Source: Candidatus Shapirobacteria bacterium (GTDB lineage: Bacteria > Patescibacteriota > Microgenomatia > UBA12405). Taken from it: 64,000 nt of DNA. Of the stretch, positions 17,609 through 27,271 are shown piece after piece. The position numbers and the translations under genes are program-made. The stretch is taken from NCBI GenBank assembly GCA_028704885.1, contig JAQWEN010000001.1, positions 587,107 through 651,106 of the forward strand, read 5' to 3'. Within the stretch, counting starts at the first letter, position 1; each line of letters starts with the position of its first letter. Below the pieces are notes generated by a model. That model was not told the origin of the DNA. It searched no databases and saw nothing but the letters and a program-made list of their open reading frames with translations.

Positions 17609-18781
17609 TTATTTGATAATTTCTGTAATAGCACCGGCACCAACGGTTAAGCCACCTTCTCGGATAGCAAATCTTTGGCCTGGTTGCATAGCTACAGGTT
17701 TAATTAATTTAATAATAACGTTAGTATTATCGCCTGGCATAACCATTTCAGTACCTTCTGGTAGAGTAATGTCGCCGGTTACATCAGTAGTTCTGATGAA
17801 AACTTGAGGGCGGTAACCACTAAAAATTGGGGTATGTCGACCACCTTCTTCTTTTTTAAGGAGAAGAACTTCAGCTTTGAATTCAGTGTGAGGAGTAATT
17901 GAACCTGGTTTGGCTAAGACTTGACCTCTTTCGATATCATCTTTTTCAACTCCGCGGAGCAATAATCCAACGTTATCACCAGCTTGACCTTGATCAAGAG
18001 ATTTCTTAAACATTTCCACACCAGTAACAACAGCTTTTCGAGTGTCTTTTAAACCAACGATTTCAATTTCATCGTTGACTTTAACGGTACCTTTTTCAAT
18101 TCTACCGGTAGCAACAGTTCCTCGACCTTTAATGGAGAAAACATCTTCAATTGGCATTAAGAAAGGTTTGTCAAATTCACGGACGGGTTCAGGAATGTAA
18201 GTATCAAGAGCTTCCATCAATTTCTTAATAGATTCAACACCATCAGCATCACCATTGAGAGCCTTGAGAGCTGAGCCACGAATAATTGGAGTTTCGTCAC
18301 CTGGGAAGCCGTATTTAGTTAATAAATCACGGATTTCCATTTCGACTAAGTCTAAAAATTCAGGATCAGTAACGAGATCACATTTATTTAAGAAAACGAC
18401 CAAAGATGGAACGTTAACTTGTTTAGCTAACAAAACGTGTTCTCTGGTTTGAGGCATAGGACCGTCTGGTGCAGAAACGACGAGAATAGCTCCGTCCATT
18501 TGAGCAGCACCAGTGATCATGTTTTTGACATAATCAGCATGTCCTGGACAATCGATGTGAGCGTAATGTCTCTTCTCAGTTTCGTATTCGATATGAGAGA
18601 TAGCAATAGTAACGATTTTAGAAGCATCACGAACTGTACCACCCTTAGCAATATCTGCATAGGATTTTCCACCACCTTGAATTTTAGAAATAGCGGCGGT
18701 TAAAGTTGTCTTACCATGATCAACGTGACCGATAGTACCGACATTGACGTGTGGCTTATTTCTTTTAAAAGTATCTGCCAT
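17609..18781 (-). CDS. tuf: elongation factor Tu (atypical switch I)
   Basis: [25 protein letters not shown]; own SD AAGGAG. Confidence 0.97.
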   Translation of the reverse strand: MADTFKRNKPHVNVGTIGHVDHGKTTLTAAISKIQGGGKSYADIAKGGTVRDASKIVTIAISHIEYETEKRHYAHIDCPGHADYVKNMITGAAQMDGAILVVSAPDGPMPQTREHVLLAKQVNVPSLVVFLNKCDLVTDPEFLDLVEMEIRDLLTKYGFPGDETPIIRGSALKALNGDADGVESIKKLMEALDTYIPEPVREFDKPFLMPIEDVFSIKGRGTVATGRIEKGTVKVNDEIEIVGLKDTRKAVVTGVEMFKKSLDQGQAGDNVGLLLRGVEKDDIERGQVLAKPGSITPHTEFKAEVLLLKKEEGGRHTPIFSGYRPQVFIRTTDVTGDITLPEGTEMVMPGDNTNVIIKLIKPVAMQPGQRFAIREGGLTVGAGAITEIIK

Positions 18782-18854
18782 TTGATTTTTCTCCTTTTTA
18801 TGTCTTTTTTTAGACGAAATACTAAATTAATAATTTAGATTAAAATGCTTTTAG

Positions 18855-18883
18855 ATTGTACCAGCTGTACTAAAGCTTTGCAA
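18855..18883 (-). promoter_or_regulatory. promoter of tuf-S10 superoperon
   Basis: TTGCAA-17 nt-TACAAT with TGn. Confidence 0.7.
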
Positions 18884-18989
18884 CATACAAAACGTAGCAA
18901 TTTAATGCTGATTTTAGAAAATAATTTATCTAAATCGAGTTAACCAAAATTTTAACATAAATAAAGAGAAAAAGTTTGATGATGAAAAT

Positions 18990-19037
18990 AAAAAAAAGGC
19001 CTCAAACGTTAATGTCAGTAAACTGACTGTTTGAGGC
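18990..19037 (-). terminator. long two-tier hairpin terminator of orphan cassette 4
   Basis: Minus strand GCCTCAAAC-A-GTCAGTTTACTGAC-ATTAAC-GTTTGAGGC then C and T8. Confidence 0.8.
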
Positions 19038-19055
19038 ACTTTAAGTGGAATAAAA

Positions 19056-19580
19056 TCAGAAAGGAATGAGAGTGAAGTAAGTATAAGGGCCTTCATCGAG
19101 AAAGTCAGCATAGTAAAGAACCCCTTCAATAATACAAAGACTGCCAGGAAACATCAGATTCATTGAATAACTTTTAACAGTAGTTCTTTTGTTTTTTTTT
19201 GAAGGTAAAAGACTAAAATTGTTCGTAAGATCAAGATCATTAAAGTTAATGAAAGTTATTTTTATTTTAGGACTAGCTTCCAAAAAAACTCGAAAAGGTA
19301 AATATTGCCAACCACTGTTAAAAAAAGAGAAGACATAGCAGCCATATTCAATAGAGGAATGAACTCTAAAAAAATAACTATCATCGGTTATAAGAAAATT
19401 TATGTCATCGGATTTATCTTCTGGACGGGATTGATTGTTGGTTACCACCTCATCAGCGTTTTCTTTCTCAATGTCTTGATTGTCCTTGGAATTAGGCAAT
19501 TTTGATTCTAAAGAGAAATTATTTTTATTGATTTCGAACCAAACGCAAATGTCTGGATAATTTGCCATGGGTGATAACAC
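19056..19580 (-). CDS. orphan hypothetical protein (170-174 aa) between fusA and tuf
   Basis: Long ORF, AAGGAAGGAA SD, own promoter (TTCACA-17-TATACT at 19631-19659) and terminator. Confidence 0.7.
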   Translation of the reverse strand: MLSPMANYPDICVWFEINKNNFSLESKLPNSKDNQDIEKENADEVVTNNQSRPEDKSDDINFLITDDSYFFRVHSSIEYGCYVFSFFNSGWQYLPFRVFLEASPKIKITFINFNDLDLTNNFSLLPSKKNKRTTVKSYSMNLMFPGSLCIIEGVLYYADFLDEGPYTYFTLIPF

Positions 19581-19673
19581 TTCCTTCCTTTTATATATTT
19601 TATTCTAGATTTTTAAGGTTCTTGCTGGCAAGTATATTCTTTTTAATTTTGATTGTGAAGAAGGTATTTAATT

Positions 19674-19705
19674 AAAAAAAATACCCCCGAATTAACGGGG
19701 GTATT
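19674..19705 (-). terminator. fusA intrinsic terminator
   Basis: AATACCCCCG/CGGGGGTATT stem plus T tract on the minus strand. Confidence 0.85.
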
Positions 19706-19725
19706 CAAATTTCTAGAAATTTTAG

Positions 19726-21828
19726 TTAACCGTTGGTTTTGGTGGTTAATTTTTCTTGAATATCACGAGGAACGGGATCATAACGGCAAGGTTCCATGTA
19801 GAACGATCCTCGGCCTTGAGTTAAGCTTCTGATGACAGTAGCGTAACCACCGATGGCTTCTAATGGAACGAAAGCATGAATGGTAGTAAAACCATGACTG
19901 TCTTCAGTACCATTGATTTGACCTCGACGGCTGGAAAGATCACCAATGACAGAGCCTAAGAATTCAGATGGAGTATTAACTTCAAATTTCATAATAGGTT
20001 CGAGGATTAGAGGTTTAGCGGCAGCAAAAGCATCTTTAATAGCGTAATTTCCGGCTAGTTTGAAAGCCATTTCAGAAGAATCGACTTCGTGGTAAGTTCC
20101 ATCGTAAACAGTGACCTTAATATCAGTGGCTGGGAAACCAGCAATAATACCTTTTTGAAGAGTTTCTTTGACACCTTTTTCAATAGCAGGAATGAAGTTG
20201 GCGGGAATAGCACCACCTTTGACGCCATTAATGAATTCATAACCTTCCCCTCTTCCTTTTGGTTCAACATGAATTTTACAATGACCATATTGACCATGAC
20301 CACCTGATTGGTGAATATATTTACCTTCACCATCAGCCTTGGCAGAAATAGTTTCACGATAAGCAACTTGAGGAGAACCGGTCTTAACATTGACGCCGAA
20401 TTCTCTTTTTAAACGATCAACAATAATTTCAAGATAAAGTTCTCCCATACCGGCAATAATAGTTTGACCAGTTTCTTGGTTATAAGTGACTCGGAAAGTA
20501 GGATCTTCAACAGCTAAACGATTTAAAGCAGCTCCCATTTTTTCTTGATCATCAGCGGTAGCTGGTTCAATAGAAAGAGAAATAACTGGTTCAGCAAATT
20601 GAATTGGAGAAAGAGAAATAATATTGTTAGCATCGCAAAGAGTGTCACCAGTGGTGGATTCTTTTAAACCGATACAAGCAACGATTTCTCCAGCAAAACC
20701 TTCTTCAAGACCTTCTCTTTTGTCAGCATGCATCAAAAGTAAACGACCAATGCGTTCAGATTTCTGTTTAGTAGTGTTGTAGACTTCAGTTCCGGCTTTT
20801 AAAGTACCAGAATAGACACGAACATAAGATAAAGTTCCAACGTGTGGGTCGGATTGAACTTTAAATAATAAAGCTGATAGTGGTTCAGTTTTAATTGGTT
20901 TTCGAGTGATAACATCGTTGGTTTCTGGATCATATCCTTCAATTGGAGGTAAATCTAAAGGGGAAGGAAGGTAATCAACGATACCATCGAGAATTGGATG
21001 AATACCTTTATTTCTCCAAGCAGCACCACAATAAACAGGGAAAAGTTTTCGATCAATAGTAGCTTTTCTAAGAGTGGCTTTTAATTCTGGAATAGAAATT
21101 TCTTGATCATTTAAAAATTTTTCCATAAGAACTTCATCTTCACCAGCAATTCTTTCAACCATAAGAGCTCGAGCCTTAAGAGCTTTATCTTTGTATTCAT
21201 CAGTGACTGGTTTTCGAGTAAATTCCAAACCTTCTTCGTCCTTATCGTAGACAATCATTTCCATATTCATCAAATCGACGACACCAATATGGTCATGTTC
21301 TTCGCCGACAGGAATAACGACGGGGCAAATTGGGGCATGAAGCTTTTCAGTAATACTATCGAGAGTGCCTTGAAAAGAAGCACCAATTTTATCCATTTTG
21401 TTAACAAAAGCGATTCGAGGGACACCATATTTGTCGGCTTGTCGCCAAACAGTTTCAGATTGAGCCTGAACACCGGCATTAGCATCAAAAATCATAATGG
21501 CACCATCAAGAACACGAAGAGAACGTTCTACTTCGGCAGTAAAATCGACATGTCCCGGAGTATCAATAATGTTCAAACGATAATCTTTCCAAAAAGTAGT
21601 AATACAAGCAGATTGAATAGTGATACCACGTTCTTTTTCTTGAACCATAGAATCGGTGGTAGTTGAACCTTCGTCAACAGAACCAATTTTGTGGATTTTT
21701 CCAGTATAAAAAAGAATACGTTCAGTAGTGGTAGTTTTACCACCGTCGATATGGGCGATAATTCCGATATTTCGGACTTTATCCATAGGTACGTCGCGAT
21801 TTTTAGTAAGTTTAATTTGTTCAGCCAT
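19726..21828 (-). CDS. fusA: elongation factor G
   Basis: AHIDGGKTTTTERIL, RGITI, DTPGHVDF, NKMD; start re-assigned to MAEQI. Confidence 0.97.
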   Translation of the reverse strand: MAEQIKLTKNRDVPMDKVRNIGIIAHIDGGKTTTTERILFYTGKIHKIGSVDEGSTTTDSMVQEKERGITIQSACITTFWKDYRLNIIDTPGHVDFTAEVERSLRVLDGAIMIFDANAGVQAQSETVWRQADKYGVPRIAFVNKMDKIGASFQGTLDSITEKLHAPICPVVIPVGEEHDHIGVVDLMNMEMIVYDKDEEGLEFTRKPVTDEYKDKALKARALMVERIAGEDEVLMEKFLNDQEISIPELKATLRKATIDRKLFPVYCGAAWRNKGIHPILDGIVDYLPSPLDLPPIEGYDPETNDVITRKPIKTEPLSALLFKVQSDPHVGTLSYVRVYSGTLKAGTEVYNTTKQKSERIGRLLLMHADKREGLEEGFAGEIVACIGLKESTTGDTLCDANNIISLSPIQFAEPVISLSIEPATADDQEKMGAALNRLAVEDPTFRVTYNQETGQTIIAGMGELYLEIIVDRLKREFGVNVKTGSPQVAYRETISAKADGEGKYIHQSGGHGQYGHCKIHVEPKGRGEGYEFINGVKGGAIPANFIPAIEKGVKETLQKGIIAGFPATDIKVTVYDGTYHEVDSSEMAFKLAGNYAIKDAFAAAKPLILEPIMKFEVNTPSEFLGSVIGDLSSRRGQINGTEDSHGFTTIHAFVPLEAIGGYATVIRSLTQGRGSFYMEPCRYDPVPRDIQEKLTTKTNG

Positions 21829-21911
21829 TAGATTTATAAAATATAATAAAAAACCGTTGCATTGAAGCAACAGCGGATGGACTTATGATACCATGGGTAA
21901 ATATAAAACAA

Positions 21912-21947
21912 AATCCCTCTAAATCTACCTTTGATAAAAGGGAAACT
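21912..21947 (+). repeat. family-A palindromic repeat (degenerate, intergenic)
   Basis: AATCCCTC...CCTTTGATAAAAGGG resembles the copies at 24934, 37804, 38201, 48619 and 51114. Confidence 0.55.
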
Positions 21948-21958
21948 TATAATTAATT

Positions 21959-23167
21959 ATGAAAAAAAATGTGGCAATAATCGGGGCGGGAATTGGCGGA
22001 TTAACCGCCGGTTATGAACTGACTAAAAAAGGATATAAAGTAACTGTTTTTGAAAAAAATAAAGAAATTGGCGGTTTATTGTCGGATTTTAAAATTGAAG
22101 GCGAAAGTTTAGAAAAAACTTATCATCATATTTTTAAAACTGATAAAGAAATAATTGGTTTAATCGAAGAATTAGGATTAATTGATAAATTAAAATGGCA
22201 TAAAAGTTCCGTATCTCTTTTTTATAACGATAAATTTTACCCATTTTCAGGCGCAATTGATTTATTAAAATTTGGGGAATTGGATTTAATTTCTAAAATT
22301 AGACTGGGAATGATTTATTTGTGGTTAAAATTTGATGGAAATTGGAAAAAATATGAGAAAGTTACCGCTTCAGAGTGGATGGAAAAATGGGCGGGAAAAA
22401 GGGCTTATGAGGTGATTTGGAAACCGTTATTAAAAGGTAAATTTCATGATTATAACGATAAAGTATCAATGGCTTGGCTGTGGGCGAGAATTCATACTAG
22501 AGGCGGATCAAAAGGTGGGCCAGCCGACGCTAAAGCTATGGCGGGTAAAGAAGTGTTGGGTTATATGAATGGTGGATTTGGACAGATTAATAACAAATTG
22601 GCCGAAAAATTGGGAATAAAAACTGGAATTGAAGTTGATATTAAAAATTTAGAAAAAGAATTTGATTTGATAATCGATACTAGACCGATTAAAAATATTG
22701 ATTATATTGGAGCGGTGGATTTGATTTTTTCATCAAAACAAAGCTTAAGTAATTTCTATTGGCATAACATTAATGATTTAAAATCCCCTTTCTTGGTGTT
22801 GGTACAACATACCAATTTAATGGGGAATAAAAATTACAATGGCAAAAATATTTACTATTTAGGAACCTATGTGCCACAGGACCATAAATATTTTAAAGTC
22901 GATGACAGAGAAATTGAAAAAGAATTTTTTGATTATTTAAAGAAAATTAAACCGGAATTTGATGAAAAACAAATTTTGGAAAAGAATATTTTTAAGTTTA
23001 AGAATGCCCAGCACATCGTTAATACAAACTATAAAGTGCCGGATTATAAAGTTGGAGAAAAAATATACAATTTAAATTTTGCCCAAATTTACCCAGAGGA
23101 TAGGGGGATTAATTTTGCCGTAAAAGAGGCAAAAAGGTTGGTGGAAATGATTAATAAAGAAAATTAA
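21959..23167 (+). CDS. FAD-dependent oxidoreductase (HemY/amine-oxidase-like family)
   Basis: GAGIGGL dinucleotide motif, GGL..., YHHIF, QIYPEDRG.N. Confidence 0.8.
   Translation: MKKNVAIIGAGIGGLTAGYELTKKGYKVTVFEKNKEIGGLLSDFKIEGESLEKTYHHIFKTDKEIIGLIEELGLIDKLKWHKSSVSLFYNDKFYPFSGAIDLLKFGELDLISKIRLGMIYLWLKFDGNWKKYEKVTASEWMEKWAGKRAYEVIWKPLLKGKFHDYNDKVSMAWLWARIHTRGGSKGGPADAKAMAGKEVLGYMNGGFGQINNKLAEKLGIKTGIEVDIKNLEKEFDLIIDTRPIKNIDYIGAVDLIFSSKQSLSNFYWHNINDLKSPFLVLVQHTNLMGNKNYNGKNIYYLGTYVPQDHKYFKVDDREIEKEFFDYLKKIKPEFDEKQILEKNIFKFKNAQHIVNTNYKVPDYKVGEKIYNLNFAQIYPEDRGINFAVKEAKRLVEMINKEN
22519..22546 (+). repeat. short palindromic element inserted in-frame (PADAKAMAGK)
   Basis: GC-rich CCAGCCGACGCTAAAGCTATGGCGGG imperfect hairpin within an AT-rich gene. 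Confidence 0.55.
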
Positions 23168-24042
23168 GGAGCAGTAGTTCCAGTTAAAATCCAATTATAA
23201 AGAATGATTTGATTTAAAATCATGTCAGCAGATTTTTGCGGATCAATTTCAGCCATTAAAAGACCAGTTTTTATTCCATATAAAGAAGAAATGACCTCGG
23301 TATTTTGACTATCTTCTTTTAAGAGATATTCTTTTTCTACAATATGGCCAAGCTCGTGCATGCTAGTTTTAATAACAGATGGGTCATCTATCTTTAGTTC
23401 ATTAATCATAATAATATGTCCAGCTGGATTTTTGTGGTCTATTTTTTCTGAAAGTCCTTGTTTTTCAATATCACTTAAAATTTCTGGAGTTGAACTATAT
23501 CGGTCTTGATGGATACCTAAAATGTCCTTCATTCCTGAATTTAGATGACTATATATATTGCCATTTTTTAGTTGAGAGTAAAGCTTAGGGTAATCCTGAA
23601 ATGGTTCAATAATTACAGGCGTATCAGTATTATTAGTGATAGTTTCAGAAATTTTAGTGATGATCTCTAAATTAGAAGATTTTTTTGATTCGCTTATAAT
23701 TGATTCGATTTTTGGAAAAATTTTATAAGGATCAGGAATATTTTCAACAGCATCAATAACTGAAATATATTCATAAGATCCTTTATATTGACCAAATATA
23801 GTTTCTGTTATTGTATTTTTTTCAGCACATTTTGGAAAATAATGAATATTTGTAGATTTTGACGCTTGCTGATCATAATACTCATAATTTTGGTAAATAT
23901 CTGTTAAAACTTTACTTAAAACCTGATGATCTTTACGATTTGGATCAAGAGTGTCTAATTGTTTTTTAAGAGATTCTTGACGATTTCGATCAACTTCTAC
24001 TTCTTTTATTGGTGGTTTAAACCCATCCACATTACCTTCCAT
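23164..24042 (-). CDS. hypothetical protein with HExxH (HELGH) motif
   Basis: 292-aa ORF overlapping the rfbD end; zincin-like motif near the C-terminus. Confidence 0.6.
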   Translation of the reverse strand: MEGNVDGFKPPIKEVEVDRNRQESLKKQLDTLDPNRKDHQVLSKVLTDIYQNYEYYDQQASKSTNIHYFPKCAEKNTITETIFGQYKGSYEYISVIDAVENIPDPYKIFPKIESIISESKKSSNLEIITKISETITNNTDTPVIIEPFQDYPKLYSQLKNGNIYSHLNSGMKDILGIHQDRYSSTPEILSDIEKQGLSEKIDHKNPAGHIIMINELKIDDPSVIKTSMHELGHIVEKEYLLKEDSQNTEVISSLYGIKTGLLMAEIDPQKSADMILNQIILYNWILTGTTAP

Positions 24043-24928
24043 AATTAGTTTGGTTTTTAATTTCTTCTAAACCTTCAGCAAGAGTTTTGAAATTTAGACC
24101 GAGAGATTTTACTTTTTCATTTGAAGTAATTAGAGTTTTTTGCCAAGGACGACTGCCTTCCGGTTGAGATTTTATAAATTCATCGAGACTGGAAGCAGAA
24201 ATTAAATTTTTATCAAAACCAAAAACTTCGGCAACTTTTAAACACATGTCATAAGGTGAATGAGAAGATGAACCGACTAAATGATAAATACCGGTAGTTT
24301 TGTGATCAATAAAATAAGCCAAAGCAGCGGCAATATCATCAATAAAAGTGTAAGTGCAAATTTGATCGGAAAACATTTTAACTTCTTCTTTATTCTTTAG
24401 TTTGGCAATAACTTTGCGGATAATATCGACTTTGGTTTCGAAATCAGAGCGATAAGGATAGGTAATACGAGAAATATTGTAGTTGTTATAATCAGAATCA
24501 GTAATTACTTTTTCGCCTAGATATTTAGTTTCACCGTACCATTCAATTGGAGTGGGAATATCAGTTTCCAGATAAGGAGTGGATTTAGTGCCATCAAAAA
24601 CAAAATCAGTGGAAATATAGATTAACTGTTGATTATATTTTTGGGCTAATTCTAAAATATTTTGAGTACCGACAACATTGAGTTGATAACAAAGACCATC
24701 CTTGTTATTACGTTGTTCCCAGGCAGCATTGGTATCGGTAAAAGCGGCCAAATGAAGGACAGCGATAGCATCACTGTTTTGGCTGAAAGCTGCTGAAAGG
24801 TTGGCGGCATCGAGAATATTAACGCCAGTATCAAGAGAAAAATCAACAAATTCAAATTTGTCTTTTAATAGTTCGACAATACGAGAACCAACTAAACCTG
24901 AAAGACCTGTTCCAATTATTTTTTGCAT
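24032..24928 (-). CDS. rfbD: dTDP-4-dehydrorhamnose reductase
   Basis: TGLSGLVG, ISTDFVFDG, YGETK. Confidence 0.9.
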   Translation of the reverse strand: MQKIIGTGLSGLVGSRIVELLKDKFEFVDFSLDTGVNILDAANLSAAFSQNSDAIAVLHLAAFTDTNAAWEQRNNKDGLCYQLNVVGTQNILELAQKYNQQLIYISTDFVFDGTKSTPYLETDIPTPIEWYGETKYLGEKVITDSDYNNYNISRITYPYRSDFETKVDIIRKVIAKLKNKEEVKMFSDQICTYTFIDDIAAALAYFIDHKTTGIYHLVGSSSHSPYDMCLKVAEVFGFDKNLISASSLDEFIKSQPEGSRPWQKTLITSNEKVKSLGLNFKTLAEGLEEIKNQTNYGR

Positions 24929-24933
24929 ATATT

Positions 24934-24989
24934 AATCCTCTCTGTCCCTCGAAAAGCTCGGGACATCTCCCCTTAACAAAGGGAGAATT
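24934..24989 (+). repeat. family-A palindromic repeat (intergenic, double hairpin)
   Basis: TGTCCC...GGGACA plus TCTCCCCTTAACAAAGGGAGA. Confidence 0.7.
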
Positions 24990-25002
24990 CTTTAATTATT
25001 AA

Positions 25003-25557
25003 CTAAAATATTTCTTGATTTTTAATTTCTGAAAGAGTGGGCCAGAGTTTATCTTTTTCTGACAAAATTATGTTTTCAATTTGAGGCCAGTCAATTTTTA
25101 ATTCTGGATCATTCCATAAAATTCCGCCTTCTGATTCTTTGTTATAAAAATTAGAGCATTTATATTGGAAATCAGCAATATCGGAAAGAACTAAAAAAGC
25201 ATGAGCAAAACCCTGGGGAATAAAAACCATCCTTTTATTTTCTTCACTAATTAAAATTGCTTCGTGTTGGCCAAAAGTTGGAGAATCTTGGCGAATATCA
25301 ACAGCGACATCGAGAACTTCGCCACGAGTACAACGAACTAACTTATCTTGAGCAAAGGGAGGTTTTTGAAAATGAAGGCCACGAAAAACACCTTTGGTAG
25401 ATTGGGAATGATTATCTTGGACAAATTCAATATCAATACCATTTTCGGCAAAAACTTTTTTGGAATAGGTTTCCATAAAAAAACCACGATCGTCAGTAAA
25501 AACTGATGGTTCAATTATAATCAATCCTTCAAGTTTGGTTTTGAGAAAATTTGGCAT
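25003..25557 (-). CDS. rfbC: dTDP-4-dehydrorhamnose 3,5-epimerase
   Basis: DDRGFF, VQDNHS, RGLHFQ, GFAHAF. Confidence 0.95.
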   Translation of the reverse strand: MPNFLKTKLEGLIIIEPSVFTDDRGFFMETYSKKVFAENGIDIEFVQDNHSQSTKGVFRGLHFQKPPFAQDKLVRCTRGEVLDVAVDIRQDSPTFGQHEAILISEENKRMVFIPQGFAHAFLVLSDIADFQYKCSNFYNKESEGGILWNDPELKIDWPQIENIILSEKDKLWPTLSEIKNQEIF

Positions 25558-26567
25558 TATTTATTTAAACTATTTAATTTAATGTAAAATTCTTCGGCTT
25601 CTTTTTTGGTTTCCTGCCACCAAATTTGATTCTGAGTATACCAATCGACGGTTTGTTTCATACCAGATTCGAGATCATACTTTGGCTCCCAACCTAATTC
25701 TTTATTAATTTTATCCCAATTTACGGCGTAATTATCATGAGCTGGACGATCGGCGACGTATTCCAAAGAATCTTCACCTTTATTCATTAATTTTAAAATA
25801 AGTCGGACTAATTCCATGTTACTAGTCCCTTTTTTAAGACCACCAATGCAATAAGTTTCACCTATTTTACCGTTTAATAAAATAGCTTCGATGGCCCGAC
25901 AATGATCTTCAACATGAAGCCAATCACGGAAATTTAGACCTTGACCATAAACTTTGATCTTGCCACCACTTAAAAGACTGGTGATAGAACGAGGAATCAT
26001 TTTTTCGGGATGCTGGAAAGGACCGTAGTTATTAGAACAATTACTAATAGTCACAGGCAAACCGAAAGTTTTAAAAAATGAGCGAACTAAATGATCAGAA
26101 GAAGCTTTGGAAGCGGAATAAGGGCTGGAAGGATCGTAAGGAGTGGATTCGTTGAATTGATCAGTAGAATCTAGCTCAATGGTACCAAAAACTTCATCAG
26201 TAGAAATATGATGAAAACGCTTGATTTGATATTTTTTAGCAGCCATTAAAAGATTGTAAGTGCCAAGGACATTGGTGCGGACAAAAAGAGAAGGATCATC
26301 AATGGAACGATCGACGTGGGATTCAGCGGCAAAATGGACAATAGTGTCAACTTGAGAAACTAACTCATCAACGATTTTTTCATCTAAAATGTCACCTTTA
26401 ACAAATTTGTAATTCGGAGAGTTTTCAAATTCAACTAGATTGCGAGGGTTAGCAGCATAAGTCATCTTGTCGAGATTGATGATGGAATCTTCGGGATGAT
26501 TTTTGAACCAGTACTTAATAAAATTTGAACCAATAAAACCTGAACCGCCGGTGATTAAAATTTTCAT
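25557..26567 (-). CDS. rfbB: dTDP-glucose 4,6-dehydratase
   Basis: TGGSGFIG, FAAESHVDRSI, STDEV, YSASK. Confidence 0.96.
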   Translation of the reverse strand: MKILITGGSGFIGSNFIKYWFKNHPEDSIINLDKMTYAANPRNLVEFENSPNYKFVKGDILDEKIVDELVSQVDTIVHFAAESHVDRSIDDPSLFVRTNVLGTYNLLMAAKKYQIKRFHHISTDEVFGTIELDSTDQFNESTPYDPSSPYSASKASSDHLVRSFFKTFGLPVTISNCSNNYGPFQHPEKMIPRSITSLLSGGKIKVYGQGLNFRDWLHVEDHCRAIEAILLNGKIGETYCIGGLKKGTSNMELVRLILKLMNKGEDSLEYVADRPAHDNYAVNWDKINKELGWEPKYDLESGMKQTVDWYTQNQIWWQETKKEAEEFYIKLNSLNK

Positions 26568-26627
26568 AGTAAGCCAATTGTAATTCAAGAGAGGTGTCTA
26601 TTGCAAGTTTAGGTTTAGCCTTATAAA

Positions 26628-26656
26628 TTGACTATTAACCTATTATAGGATATAAT
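26628..26656 (+). promoter_or_regulatory. sigma70 promoter of orphan cassette 5
   Basis: TTGACT-17 nt-TATAAT; spacer holds the near-palindrome TAACCTATTATAGGATA. Confidence 0.75.
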
Positions 26657-26817
26657 TGGTCTAAGTTTGATGTATTTTTAGGTTAAAAGCTGATTTAAAA
26701 AATTCATCAGTACATTTAAAATCAGATTTGTTGAATAGATTTTAATGAGCGGAAATGTGTTCCCCTATTTGAGGAATAGATTCCCGTTCATTAGAATGAG
26801 GAGAAAGAAGAGAAATA

Positions 26818-27120
26818 ATGGAAGATACTAAGATTTATGTCAAAGAAAATGTCTCAATGTTTTGTCCAGAAATAAACCCAGAAGAAAGAAATAATATTCC
26901 ATTGTCGTCATTGTTAGATCTTTCTTTTATTAATGTTTGGAAAAAAAGTGAATCGTTTATCCGATTCATGTGTTCTAGTTCTAAACTATATGACCATTTA
27001 ATGGTCGAATATGACATAGGAGGAATAAAAAATTTCCTGATTGTTGCAATTATTTGCCCAGGAAACGTCCTTCGAGAATTAGATCTGCCAGAGTTCAATC
27101 ACAAAGACTATCTACGATAG
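26818..27120 (+). CDS. orphan hypothetical protein (100 aa)
   Basis: Own promoter, GAGGAG SD, terminator. Confidence 0.65.
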   Translation: MEDTKIYVKENVSMFCPEINPEERNNIPLSSLLDLSFINVWKKSESFIRFMCSSSKLYDHLMVEYDIGGIKNFLIVAIICPGNVLRELDLPEFNHKDYLR

Positions 27121-27161
27121 TAAATTTTTATTTCTCCTCTCTTGTCTATTTAACATTTTTG

Positions 27162-27217
27162 AAAAACCCCGGCGGGAAAGTGATGCATGAGCATTCATTT
27201 TTCTAGTCGGGTTTTTT
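27162..27217 (+). terminator. long hairpin terminator of cassette 5
   Basis: AAAAACCCCGGCGGGAAAGTGA-TGC-ATGA-GCA-TTCATTTTTCTAGTCGGGTTTTTT. Confidence 0.75.
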
Positions 27218-27222
27218 ATTTG

Positions 27223-27253
27223 AAAAAAAATCCCCCGCTTTCACGAGGGATTT
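27223..27253 (-). terminator. short intrinsic terminator of the LytR_C gene
   Basis: AAATCCC..CG/CG..GGGATTT with an A8 flank. Confidence 0.7.
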
Positions 27254-27271
27254 AAATTGTTAGTTAAAAAC

